DNA of 64,000 bases from assembly GCA_963716185.1 (NCBI GenBank), contig OY970295.1, positions 884,049 to 948,048 of the forward strand. The letters run 5' to 3'. The notes beneath the pieces are model-generated. The model saw nothing but the letters and a program-made list of their open reading frames with translations, was not told the DNA's origin and ran no database searches. The stretch is from Thermodesulfovibrionales bacterium (lineage in GTDB: Bacteria > Nitrospirota > Thermodesulfovibrionia > Thermodesulfovibrionales > SM23-35). Below are positions 1 to 7,593 of the stretch, piece after piece (within the stretch, counting starts at the first letter, position 1; each line of letters begins with the position of its first letter). A program made the position numbers and the translations under genes.

Positions 1-52
1 ATTTTGTCAACAAGATGTACTTTAAAGCCAATCTCTGCAATAAGGTAATTAT

Positions 53-80
53 TTGTAAAAATTATTCAGAGACCTATAAT
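53..80 (+). promoter_or_regulatory. candidate sigma70-type promoter upstream of lpxC
   Basis: TTGTAA (53-58), 16-nt spacer, TATAAT (75-80), about 57 nt upstream of the lpxC start. Motif match only. Confidence 0.35.
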
Positions 81-136
81 TTTCTGGCATTATATTTGCT
101 CATCATAATAGGACTTTCGCTTTCAATTTCATTTTT

Positions 137-1036
137 ATGATATTAAATATGCGTTTACAAAGGACAATAAAACAGGAAGTAAGCTTTGAAGGCATAGGCC
201 TCCATACAGGCCGGCACTCCAAGGTCTGTCTGAAACCCGCTCCGAGGGACACTGGCATCCTGTTTATAAGGACGGACAAGAATTTAACGGTCAAGGCTTC
301 TGTCGGCTCTGTTACAGACACCGCCTTTGCAACTACCATAGGGTTGAACGGAGCAAAGATCAGGACCGTTGAACACATACTTGCCGCACTCGCCGGCCTC
401 GGCATAGACAATGCGTATGTGGATGTAAACGGCCCTGAGATCCCTATTCTTGATGGAAGCTCGATGGAGCTGACAAGTCTGATCCTTAAGAGTGGAATTG
501 CAAAACAAAGCAAGACAAGACCTTACTTACGGATAACAAGGCCTATAACGTTAACAGATGGCCATGCTGAGATTGCGGCCTTTCCATACAACGGACGCCT
601 CATAACTTACAGGATCCATTTTAATCACCGTTTATTGGGTGAGCAGAAACTGAGCCTGGAACTCACGGAGGAAAGTTTTGCGATCGAAATAGCCCCGGCG
701 AGGACCTTCGGATTCCTGAAGGATGTCGAGTATCTGAAAGCTAATGGATTCGCAAGGGGCGGCTCTTTCGATAACGCGGTAATACTGGGGGAAGGCGGCA
801 TTCTGAATTCCTCAGGTTTGAGGTTCAAAGATGAATTTGTACGCCACAAAATACTCGACCTCATAGGAGACTTGTCTCTGCTGGGACTGCCGATTTGCGG
901 ACACATTATAGCGAATAAGTCGGGACACACAACAAACCTTAAGTTTTTGAAAAAAATCCTTTCATTCTCGGATTGCTGGGAACTGCAGGCCGAAGAATCG
1001 GAAATTGGCTGGCAACCAATCTTCACCTATACTTAA
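137..1036 (+). CDS. lpxC: UDP-3-O-acyl-N-acetylglucosamine deacetylase
   Basis: 299-aa ORF collinear with LpxC: GIGLHTG, TVEHILAALAGLGIDN, PILDGSS, ARTFGF, FVRHKILDLIGDL, KSGH. Confidence 0.93.
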   Translation: MILNMRLQRTIKQEVSFEGIGLHTGRHSKVCLKPAPRDTGILFIRTDKNLTVKASVGSVTDTAFATTIGLNGAKIRTVEHILAALAGLGIDNAYVDVNGPEIPILDGSSMELTSLILKSGIAKQSKTRPYLRITRPITLTDGHAEIAAFPYNGRLITYRIHFNHRLLGEQKLSLELTEESFAIEIAPARTFGFLKDVEYLKANGFARGGSFDNAVILGEGGILNSSGLRFKDEFVRHKILDLIGDLSLLGLPICGHIIANKSGHTTNLKFLKKILSFSDCWELQAEESEIGWQPIFTYT

Positions 1037-1104
1037 AAAATACTTATTTTACCAACACTTATAAATTTTACTTGAATTTTTCCGCAGAATAGAGTTTTAT
1101 ATCT

Positions 1105-1201
1105 AAGAAGACCGCAAAAAGAAGGCTGGAGAATTTCTCCCCAGCCTAAAAAATGTGTGTGCGCTCAAATGATAAACTTATTTCTTTTTTGCGGTCTTCT
1201 T
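1105..1201. terminator. nested stem-loop between converging genes, possible bidirectional terminator
   Basis: Outer arms AAGAAGACCGCAAAAAGAA (1105-1123) and TTCTTTTTTGCGGTCTTCTT (1182-1201). Inner hairpin GGCTGGAGA-att-TCTCCCCAGCC (1124-1146). Lies between the lpxC stop and the end of the minus-strand gene. Confidence 0.45.
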
Positions 1202-1234
1202 TGTTACTTTCTTAGCTGCCTTCTTGGTCGCCAT
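1178..1234 (-). CDS. candidate 18-aa Lys/Ala-rich small ORF (MATKKAAKKVTKKTAKKK)
   Basis: ATG at 1234-1232 is preceded by AGGGGGTG about 8 nt upstream; TAA stop at 1180-1178. Below the ORF-track size cutoff. No homology claimed. Confidence 0.3.
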   Translation of the reverse strand: MATKKAAKKVTKKTAKKK

Positions 1235-1294
1235 TAAATATTCACCCCCTTTCTATCCGCATTCCCCGGGCCGGAGGTGCGGAAAGCTGCACGC

Positions 1295-1840
1295 CTATAG
1301 TCTTCCTATAAGCGTTATCCTTTTGCCTGATAGAAGTCTTCTCAGATTCGCATCGCCCTTTTTCTTCTTGTGTTTGTACTCGTCTTCTTCCATCAAAGTG
1401 CAATTAATCTTTTGATCAAACCTTTTTTCAAGGTCTTTCAGCTCTTTTGTTAGGGATGACGACGCGCCGATTACAAAGATGTCCACGGTACCGACATCCT
1501 CTCCTTCTGCGTAGGGGCCGTAAATAGAAGCGGCCTTTGCACCGGAGGCCCTCAGTACCGCTTTGAGAGCGCCCGGCAACCCAAGAGATTTTGTTATAAG
1601 ATTCTTCAGTTCCGAGAACAGGGGTGATTCCTTATTCGCCTGGAAATATTTGAGATTGACAATCTTCTCGCTCGTTACGATGTCCATCTTCTCGAGGTTG
1701 TCCAGTTCCCTTTTGATACCCGACGGGTTTTTTCTCAGTAATTTGGCAATCTCTCTGATATAAAACTGCTCATCCGGACTGTTCAAGAGGAGCGAGAGAA
1801 CATCCGCCCTTATCGATGACGAAAATAAACTCTTTAACAT
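1295..1840 (-). CDS. winged-helix (ArsR-like) regulator fused to a nucleotidyltransferase-like domain
   Basis: The N-terminus FYIREIAKLLRKNPSGIKRELDNLEKMDIV looks like a wHTH. ASIYGPYAEGEDVGTVDIFVIG resembles the minimal NTase G-x-x-A-x-G...D-x-D pattern. Confidence 0.55.
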   Translation of the reverse strand: MLKSLFSSSIRADVLSLLLNSPDEQFYIREIAKLLRKNPSGIKRELDNLEKMDIVTSEKIVNLKYFQANKESPLFSELKNLITKSLGLPGALKAVLRASGAKAASIYGPYAEGEDVGTVDIFVIGASSSLTKELKDLEKRFDQKINCTLMEEDEYKHKKKKGDANLRRLLSGKRITLIGRL

Positions 1841-1941
1841 TTATTCACCTCAATGATAAAGTTATACATGATAAAATTCTAATTGTCAACAAAAAAATTA
1901 TATTTTGAAACAGATAATGCATTTTTGTAAACGATTCTATA

Positions 1942-1961
1942 TTAAGAACATTTGTTCTTAA
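1942..1961. promoter_or_regulatory. perfect 9-bp-arm palindrome, possible operator
   Basis: TTAAGAACA-tt-TGTTCTTAA, about 100 bp upstream of the wHTH gene start. It is nested in a second inverted repeat, AAACGAT (1929-1935) / ATCGTTT (1972-1978). Confidence 0.35.
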
Positions 1962-1969
1962 ATCTTGAA

Positions 1970-2821
1970 CTATCGTTTCATTCTTATCATCTTTCTCACT
2001 TTCACCAGATTCATCGAATCATCGGCCGGCTGTTTTTTCGGCGTCTCGAGTATCAAAGGTATATCCCGCAGCGGCCCGACGTTGATAAGCCGGGCTAAAC
2101 CCTCCTTCCCTATCTTTCCGATACCGATGTGCTCATGTCTGTCAATGTGAGAACCGGCATTACCCTTTGAATCGTTAAGGTGGATGAGTCTGATTTTTTG
2201 CAATACCATATTTTTTTCCGCCTCGTGTAAAAGAAAAAGTATCCCTTTTTCGCTTTTGATGTCATAGCCCGCCGCATACGCATGACAGGTATCGAAACAT
2301 ATGCCCGTTATCATCGATCTTCTGACTCCATTCAGGATTTCGGCCAAATCTTCAATACGCGAAGAGATATCGCCCCTTTCTCCCGCAGTATTCTCTATGA
2401 GCAGGCCCGTCTTCCATCTGCCCATCAGGGCAACTTCATTCAGGGTGTCAATCGCCCTTTTCCGTGCAATGGCTGCATCGTCTGCCGCGGCGCTTCCCGT
2501 ATGAAGGATCACGTATTCCGCCCCGATTGCAGCGGCCCTGTTCATCTCCGTGGCAAGGAGATCAATAGATTTCCTTCTCAGGAGCATATCCTTCGAAGCC
2601 ATATTTATGAGATATGAGGCATGAACAAAGAGCGGTGCAATATCAAGTTTCAGTCTCAGCGATTTAAAAATTGAGGCGTTCTCTTCCGTAATCGTCTTTA
2701 CCGCCCATCCTCTGGGGTTGTGACTGAAAATCTGCAAGGTATTGCATCCGAGTGCCGCGGCCCTCTCCAAACACAGGTGCAGGCCTCCCGAAATTGAAGT
2801 ATGAACGCCGAGCCTGCGCAT
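1970..2821 (-). CDS. nfo: endonuclease IV (AP endonuclease)
   Basis: 283 aa. MRRLGVHTSISGG, LQIFSHNPRGW, FVHASYLINMAS, YVILHTGS, CFDTCHAYAAGYD, IHLNDSK: typical Nfo metal-ligand blocks. Confidence 0.92.
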   Translation of the reverse strand: MRRLGVHTSISGGLHLCLERAAALGCNTLQIFSHNPRGWAVKTITEENASIFKSLRLKLDIAPLFVHASYLINMASKDMLLRRKSIDLLATEMNRAAAIGAEYVILHTGSAAADDAAIARKRAIDTLNEVALMGRWKTGLLIENTAGERGDISSRIEDLAEILNGVRRSMITGICFDTCHAYAAGYDIKSEKGILFLLHEAEKNMVLQKIRLIHLNDSKGNAGSHIDRHEHIGIGKIGKEGLARLINVGPLRDIPLILETPKKQPADDSMNLVKVRKMIRMKR

Positions 2822-2876
2822 TGAACGTTCTTACCCCCGCCCGCCGTTCCGAATTATCCCCGCAAAGACTCGCCGA

Positions 2877-3569
2877 TCATGATTCCCTCGATTTTTCGAA
2901 GGTAGTTCCGGCAGCCAACTTTGCCGCGGCTTTATCAGGGTTATTTCGGACCGCACGCGTTCCCGGCAGAAATATACGTTCCAACAATAATTTGGCCACT
3001 ATCGTGCCGATAACAGCTCCCGCCAGCACGTCGGAAGGAAAGTGTGCAATACCCTCCACCCTTGTAAGGCCGACAAAAACGGCCCAGATATAAAAAAAGA
3101 TCCTGTATCCTGGAAAATAAAAGGAAAGTATATAGGCAAAGCAGAATGCAATGGTAGTGTGCCCTGACGGGAAGGAATCAAATCCGAGCTTTAGCGACGG
3201 GCCCGTAAATACTAAATCATCCGTCAATTTCGGCCTAATCCTTCCCGAAAGATGCTTGAGAACCTGAACCGTGACGCCTGCAGATATAAAGCCGAAAAGC
3301 AAAGTCTTGCCTGCACTGTAACAGGTCCGGTTGTAAAACTTCCCGGTTAAGAAAAGGACAATTGCAACCGTTATCAAAGTGGCACCGTGGGAAATAAAAC
3401 ATATAAAGGGATCGGCGTGAACAAAAATATAATAAACAAAACATTTCTTTACAAAATAATTTTTGAGAAAAGAAACGATAATTTTATCGAACCAAAAGAA
3501 AAACAGCGGAAGACTCATTACGGTAAAAATCAGCTTCTTATTGTCTCTCAAGAATTGCATATGCGTCAT
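2877..3569 (-). CDS. PAP2-family membrane phosphatase
   Basis: PAP2 motifs KHLSGRIRP, PSGHT and TRVEGIAHFPSD, with multiple TM helices. The start is uncertain: 3569, or 3518 (MSLPLFF), which would avoid overlap with the upstream gene. Confidence 0.8.
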   Translation of the reverse strand: MTHMQFLRDNKKLIFTVMSLPLFFFWFDKIIVSFLKNYFVKKCFVYYIFVHADPFICFISHGATLITVAIVLFLTGKFYNRTCYSAGKTLLFGFISAGVTVQVLKHLSGRIRPKLTDDLVFTGPSLKLGFDSFPSGHTTIAFCFAYILSFYFPGYRIFFYIWAVFVGLTRVEGIAHFPSDVLAGAVIGTIVAKLLLERIFLPGTRAVRNNPDKAAAKLAAGTTFEKSRES

Positions 3570-5076
3570 CGTTCTCCAGTAAATTAAAATTCAGTTTTTT
3601 CAAAGCCGCTATATCCTTTACTTTTGCGATGGCGATTCTCCCCTTCCCTGATGCTATATAATACGACAATTCGTTTTTATTGCCGATATTCATTACTTTA
3701 TGACCTGAATAAAAAACCACACTCGGGTTATTGATCCTGTATGCGATAACCCTTTGGTCATCCCTGAGCCTGTCTTTAGCATACAAACTGTATTTATATA
3801 ATGTCCCCTGCAGATGCTGATTTACAACAGGCAACGCTTTTATCGAAAGGACAGATAAAAAGAGGAACATCACGCCGGACAAAAAAACATAGGAATTTTT
3901 TTTTGCAAAAACGGCACTGAGACTCAACACGGCCATCACGATCATTATTGCAGCCGCACCAAACATCCAGTTCGTATCGTATATCCCGAATTTCGGGAGA
4001 TATCTTTGAAAAATCACGAAGGCGACGCCTATCAACAATGATATCACCGCTATGCATATATTCGCATATTTCCTCCATCGAATATTCCCATCCGACATAC
4101 CGGCGGCAATTATTATCGATACTGCAGGGACTGCGGGGAGGACATAATTCGGCAGCTTCGTGGCAGAAAATGAGAAGAAAAGAAAAATGACCGAAAACCA
4201 TATGATTGCAAACAGGCCCATGTTATCATTTCCTTTTAATGTGTTCCTGACTCCGGCAGGCAAAAAAGTAATCCAGGGGAACAAGCCTGCCAGCAACACA
4301 GGGATGTAATAGTAAACAGGACCTTTGTGCCCGGATATGACGCCTGTATACCTCGCAAAGTGATGCTTTATGAAAAACTGCTGGATAAATTCCCGTCCAT
4401 TAACGACTGTCTGTGTAACATACCATGGTGCAGAAACCACAAAAAAAAGGAGTACCGCCTTCGGACTGAATAATCTATTGACACCTTTCAGACCTTCCGT
4501 GACCAGCAAGTATACAGAAGCAATAACCATCGGGAAAATTATTCCTATCAAGCCTTTTGTCAGAAAGGCAAGGGCGGAAAACACATAGAATCCATAAATA
4601 AACTTTTCTTTTCTTAATGAGAGGTAGAATGAAAAGAGAGAGAGGGTAATAAAGAAGGTAAGTGTCATATCGGTAACTGCCGCATGGGAATACGCCATAA
4701 AAAATACCGACAGCGCCAGTGAGACGACCGCATAAAGGGCCTTTCTTTCATCATGGAAATATTTCACGAATAAATAAACCGCGGTGCACAAGAGAAGTCC
4801 CAAAAGAGCAGACGGAAATCTCGCGGCGAATTCATTTATTCCGAATATCCCGTAAGAAGCCGCCATCATCCAGTAAAAAAATATCGGTTTATCATAACGG
4901 TTTTCTCCGTTGTACATAGGGGTTATCCAGTTGCCGCTCTGCACCATCTCTTTCGTCGCCTCGGAAAACACCGCTTCATCGACGTCAAATAGCGTGAAAG
5001 ATCCGAGCCTGAAAAAGCACATAAAGATGACAACGGCAAAAAGAAAAAAGGCCGAATATACCCTTATTTTATTCAT
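3538..5076 (-). CDS. ArnT/PMT-like (GT39/GT83) polyprenyl-phosphate-dependent glycosyltransferase
   Basis: 512-aa polytopic membrane protein. N-terminal FDVDEAVFSEATKEM and RYDKPIFFYWMMA blocks are typical of ArnT/PMT_2 enzymes. Confidence 0.85.
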   Translation of the reverse strand: MNKIRVYSAFFLFAVVIFMCFFRLGSFTLFDVDEAVFSEATKEMVQSGNWITPMYNGENRYDKPIFFYWMMAASYGIFGINEFAARFPSALLGLLLCTAVYLFVKYFHDERKALYAVVSLALSVFFMAYSHAAVTDMTLTFFITLSLFSFYLSLRKEKFIYGFYVFSALAFLTKGLIGIIFPMVIASVYLLVTEGLKGVNRLFSPKAVLLFFVVSAPWYVTQTVVNGREFIQQFFIKHHFARYTGVISGHKGPVYYYIPVLLAGLFPWITFLPAGVRNTLKGNDNMGLFAIIWFSVIFLFFSFSATKLPNYVLPAVPAVSIIIAAGMSDGNIRWRKYANICIAVISLLIGVAFVIFQRYLPKFGIYDTNWMFGAAAIMIVMAVLSLSAVFAKKNSYVFLSGVMFLFLSVLSIKALPVVNQHLQGTLYKYSLYAKDRLRDDQRVIAYRINNPSVVFYSGHKVMNIGNKNELSYYIASGKGRIAIAKVKDIAALKKLNFNLLENDDAYAILERQ

Positions 5077-5301
5077 AACGTATTATGGCGCACCCGGTCG
5101 AAAGCTTCCACTAAAATCAGACATGAATTTCTCATCGTACAGCCTTTAATTATTCTATTTATTCTATAAATAATAGCTATAAGTTAATTTTTTATTGACA
5201 ACTCCCCAAAGAAGACCGGAAATTCTAATTAATCAGGAACAAGTATTATCTTCCTCGCATCGCAATATATTTCAGCATTTCTGAAATAGGGGGAATAACA
5301 A

Positions 5302-5400
5302 ATGGAATGCAGGACCGGACTCGAAAGACTTCTTATGGGGAGCGTTACGGAAAGGGTCATCGGTCATTCAGAATCCGCAGTCCTGGCAGTCCGGGCGTAA
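5302..5400 (+). pseudogene. C-terminal relic of a universal stress protein (UspA family)
   Basis: The 32-aa frame MECRTGLERLLMGSVTERVIGHSESAVLAVRA* matches the USP C-terminal block (G...LLLGSV(S/T)E.V..H...PVLVVR). The rest of the domain is missing. Confidence 0.5.
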
Positions 5401-5475
5401 TTTCCTCGCCTCCACCTAAAACACGTTAATGAAAAACTCTTGAATTTCCTGTCCCATGTTGATTACTATTTTTTT

Positions 5476-6348
5476 ATGATGATTAAATTTTTGATAATGA
5501 TGGCCGTTATTTCTTCGCTTTTCGGCTCAACTGTTTCTGCCGAGACACATATTTATACAAGTGATAGTAAGATAATCGGATCTGTTATAACTTACAAAAC
5601 AAAGAATAATGAATCCCTGATCGAGATAGCGAGAAAATTCGATCTTGGATATAGTGAAATTACCGAAGCTAATCGCAATCTTGATCCCTTCGTGCCGGGA
5701 GATAATGCGACCGTCAAGATACCAATGGCATGGATCCTGCCTGATATCAGATCATACGATGGGATCATAATAAATCTTTCTGAAATGAGACTCTATTATT
5801 TCCCCGGAAGAAATAAGGTTATTACGTATCCTATCGGAATCGGGAGTGATGGAAAGGAGACACCTGTGGGTACCTTTCAGATAGTGGAAAAAATAGTCCA
5901 TCCGGCCTGGTATGTGCCTGATTCCATCAGGCAGGAAAAGCCTGAATTACCCAGAGTTGTGCCGCCCGGCCCCGACAATCCTCTCGGCTCTCATGCTCTA
6001 AGGCTTTCGGACAGGACTATCCTCATCCACGGGACCAACAGACCCTATGCCGTCGGTAGAAAAGCCAGCCACGGCTGCATACGACTCTATCCGGAGGACA
6101 TCCCCAGACTGTTTCAGAAAGTCCCTCAAAATACAAAAGTGACCATCGTCAGACAACCTGTAAAGGTGGGAGCTTTAAGCGGTAAAGTCTATATCGAGAT
6201 CCATAAGGATGGAGAACTTAAGATAAATTACTTTGATGAAGCTATGAGATTGCTGAAAAAAAAGAATCTCAGTGATATTATCGACAAAGAAAAGATGCTT
6301 GCGGCGCTCAAAGAAAAAAGAGGTTTTCCCGTCAATATTTCCAAATAG
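5476..6348 (+). CDS. L,D-transpeptidase (YkuD domain) with LysM domain
   Basis: Signal peptide MMIKFLIMMAVISSLFGSTVSA. LysM-like ESLIEIARKFDLGYSEITEANRNL...VKIP. YkuD active site IHGTNRPYAVGRKASHGCIRL. The ORF track starts at a TTG at 5440. Confidence 0.9.
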   Translation: MMIKFLIMMAVISSLFGSTVSAETHIYTSDSKIIGSVITYKTKNNESLIEIARKFDLGYSEITEANRNLDPFVPGDNATVKIPMAWILPDIRSYDGIIINLSEMRLYYFPGRNKVITYPIGIGSDGKETPVGTFQIVEKIVHPAWYVPDSIRQEKPELPRVVPPGPDNPLGSHALRLSDRTILIHGTNRPYAVGRKASHGCIRLYPEDIPRLFQKVPQNTKVTIVRQPVKVGALSGKVYIEIHKDGELKINYFDEAMRLLKKKNLSDIIDKEKMLAALKEKRGFPVNISK

Positions 6349-6383
6349 AAAGGGCTAAAGAATATCGGATTCTTTAGCCCTTT
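6349..6383. terminator. bidirectional hairpin terminator between convergent genes
   Basis: AAAGGGCTAAAGAAT-atcgg-ATTCTTTAGCCCTTT, a perfect 15-bp stem lying between the ldt stop (6348) and the lipoprotein stop (6401). Confidence 0.65.
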
Positions 6384-6400
6384 ACAACAAACTTTATTTC

Positions 6401-6784
6401 TTATTTCCTCTGCTGCAATTCAAATGCCTTCCCGGACTTCTTAGCCGCCTCTTCTGCTCTTCTTGCGGCTTCTTCAGCTCTGGCCGCAGCAGCTTCCGCT
6501 CTTTTCACTGCAGCTTCTGCCTTTTCGCAGCAGTCTTTAGCTGTCTTCATCGCCTCCTGGGCCATTGATTTAGCTTCAGCTGCCTCCTTCTTCGCCTGAT
6601 CGATCTCAGCCACTTTGCCTTCCAGTGCGTTCACTCTTGATTCGATGGCCGAAACCTTCGCTTCAAGTTTGCTGATCCTGTCCACAAGCGGCTCTATCTG
6701 CTGCCTTACATAATCTCTCGATGCGCAGCCAAAAAAAGTGAGTAATAAAAAAGAAAGGACAATTAATGAAGTTACCTTTTTCAT
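6401..6784 (-). CDS. Lpp-like alanine-zipper coiled-coil lipoprotein ending in Lys
   Basis: SD GGAGGTG precedes MKKVTSLIVLSFLLLTFFGC (lipobox FFGC). Heptad, Ala/Glu/Lys-rich helix. C-terminus ...FELQQRK*. Confidence 0.7.
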   Translation of the reverse strand: MKKVTSLIVLSFLLLTFFGCASRDYVRQQIEPLVDRISKLEAKVSAIESRVNALEGKVAEIDQAKKEAAEAKSMAQEAMKTAKDCCEKAEAAVKRAEAAAARAEEAARRAEEAAKKSGKAFELQQRK

Positions 6785-6924
6785 TTTCACACCTCCTTCC
6801 TGAAATATGATTTTTAAAATCTTAAAGTAATATCTGATCGATGTCAACAAATTTATGGATTTGGGCTGCATTCTTTGCCCGGGCAGACTGTAAAAAGACT
6901 TATGTCTGTGTTAGTATTTTTGCG

Positions 6925-7542
6925 ATGACAATAGCGAAGGTTACTCCCTCAACTCTAAAAAGAGTCTTGCAGAAAGCCGTTGACACGCTAAAAAAAGGCG
7001 GCATTGTCGCATATCCCACAGAAACATTTTATGGCCTCGGCGCCAGGTTTGATGCGGAAAGATCTCTCGAAAGACTCTATGATATAAAACAAAGACCCAA
7101 GGAGAAGGCGATGCCGTTGATCATAGGGGGCAGAGAATTACTTTCCATTCTTACGTATGCTGTTAATATCCAGGCGAAATCCCTTATGGACAGATTCTGG
7201 CCCGGACCGCTCACCCTCATCTTCAATGCGAGAGAGCATCTGTCGGAATTCATAACGGCAGGCACCCGTAAGGTTGCGGTCAGGTTACCGGGAGAATCTT
7301 TTGCTCTCCATCTTGCCAGGGCTGCCTCCTTCCCTGTCACAGCCACAAGCGCCAATCCTTCAGGCATGACGCCCGCCCGGGATGCCGAAACCGTCATAGA
7401 ATATTTCGGGGACAATATTGACTTTGTCATTGACGGCGGCCCTGCACCCGGCGGTCTTCCGTCAACGATTGTGGACGTTACGGGAGATAGAGTCGAAATA
7501 TTGAGAGAAGGTGTGATCAAGAAAGAGTCACTGCTGGCTTGA
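6925..7542 (+). CDS. tsaC: L-threonylcarbamoyladenylate synthase (YrdC/Sua5 family)
   Basis: GGIVAYPTETFYGLG, MPLIIG, FWPGPLTLIF, VAVRLP, TSANPSG, PSTIVD. Start taken at MTIAKV; the ORF track extends to 6841. Confidence 0.85.
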   Translation: MTIAKVTPSTLKRVLQKAVDTLKKGGIVAYPTETFYGLGARFDAERSLERLYDIKQRPKEKAMPLIIGGRELLSILTYAVNIQAKSLMDRFWPGPLTLIFNAREHLSEFITAGTRKVAVRLPGESFALHLARAASFPVTATSANPSGMTPARDAETVIEYFGDNIDFVIDGGPAPGGLPSTIVDVTGDRVEILREGVIKKESLLA

Positions 7543-7593
7543 ATGAGCAACCCGAAGCAAACTGCAATGTGTCAAGTCCGGTGTTTTACCATC

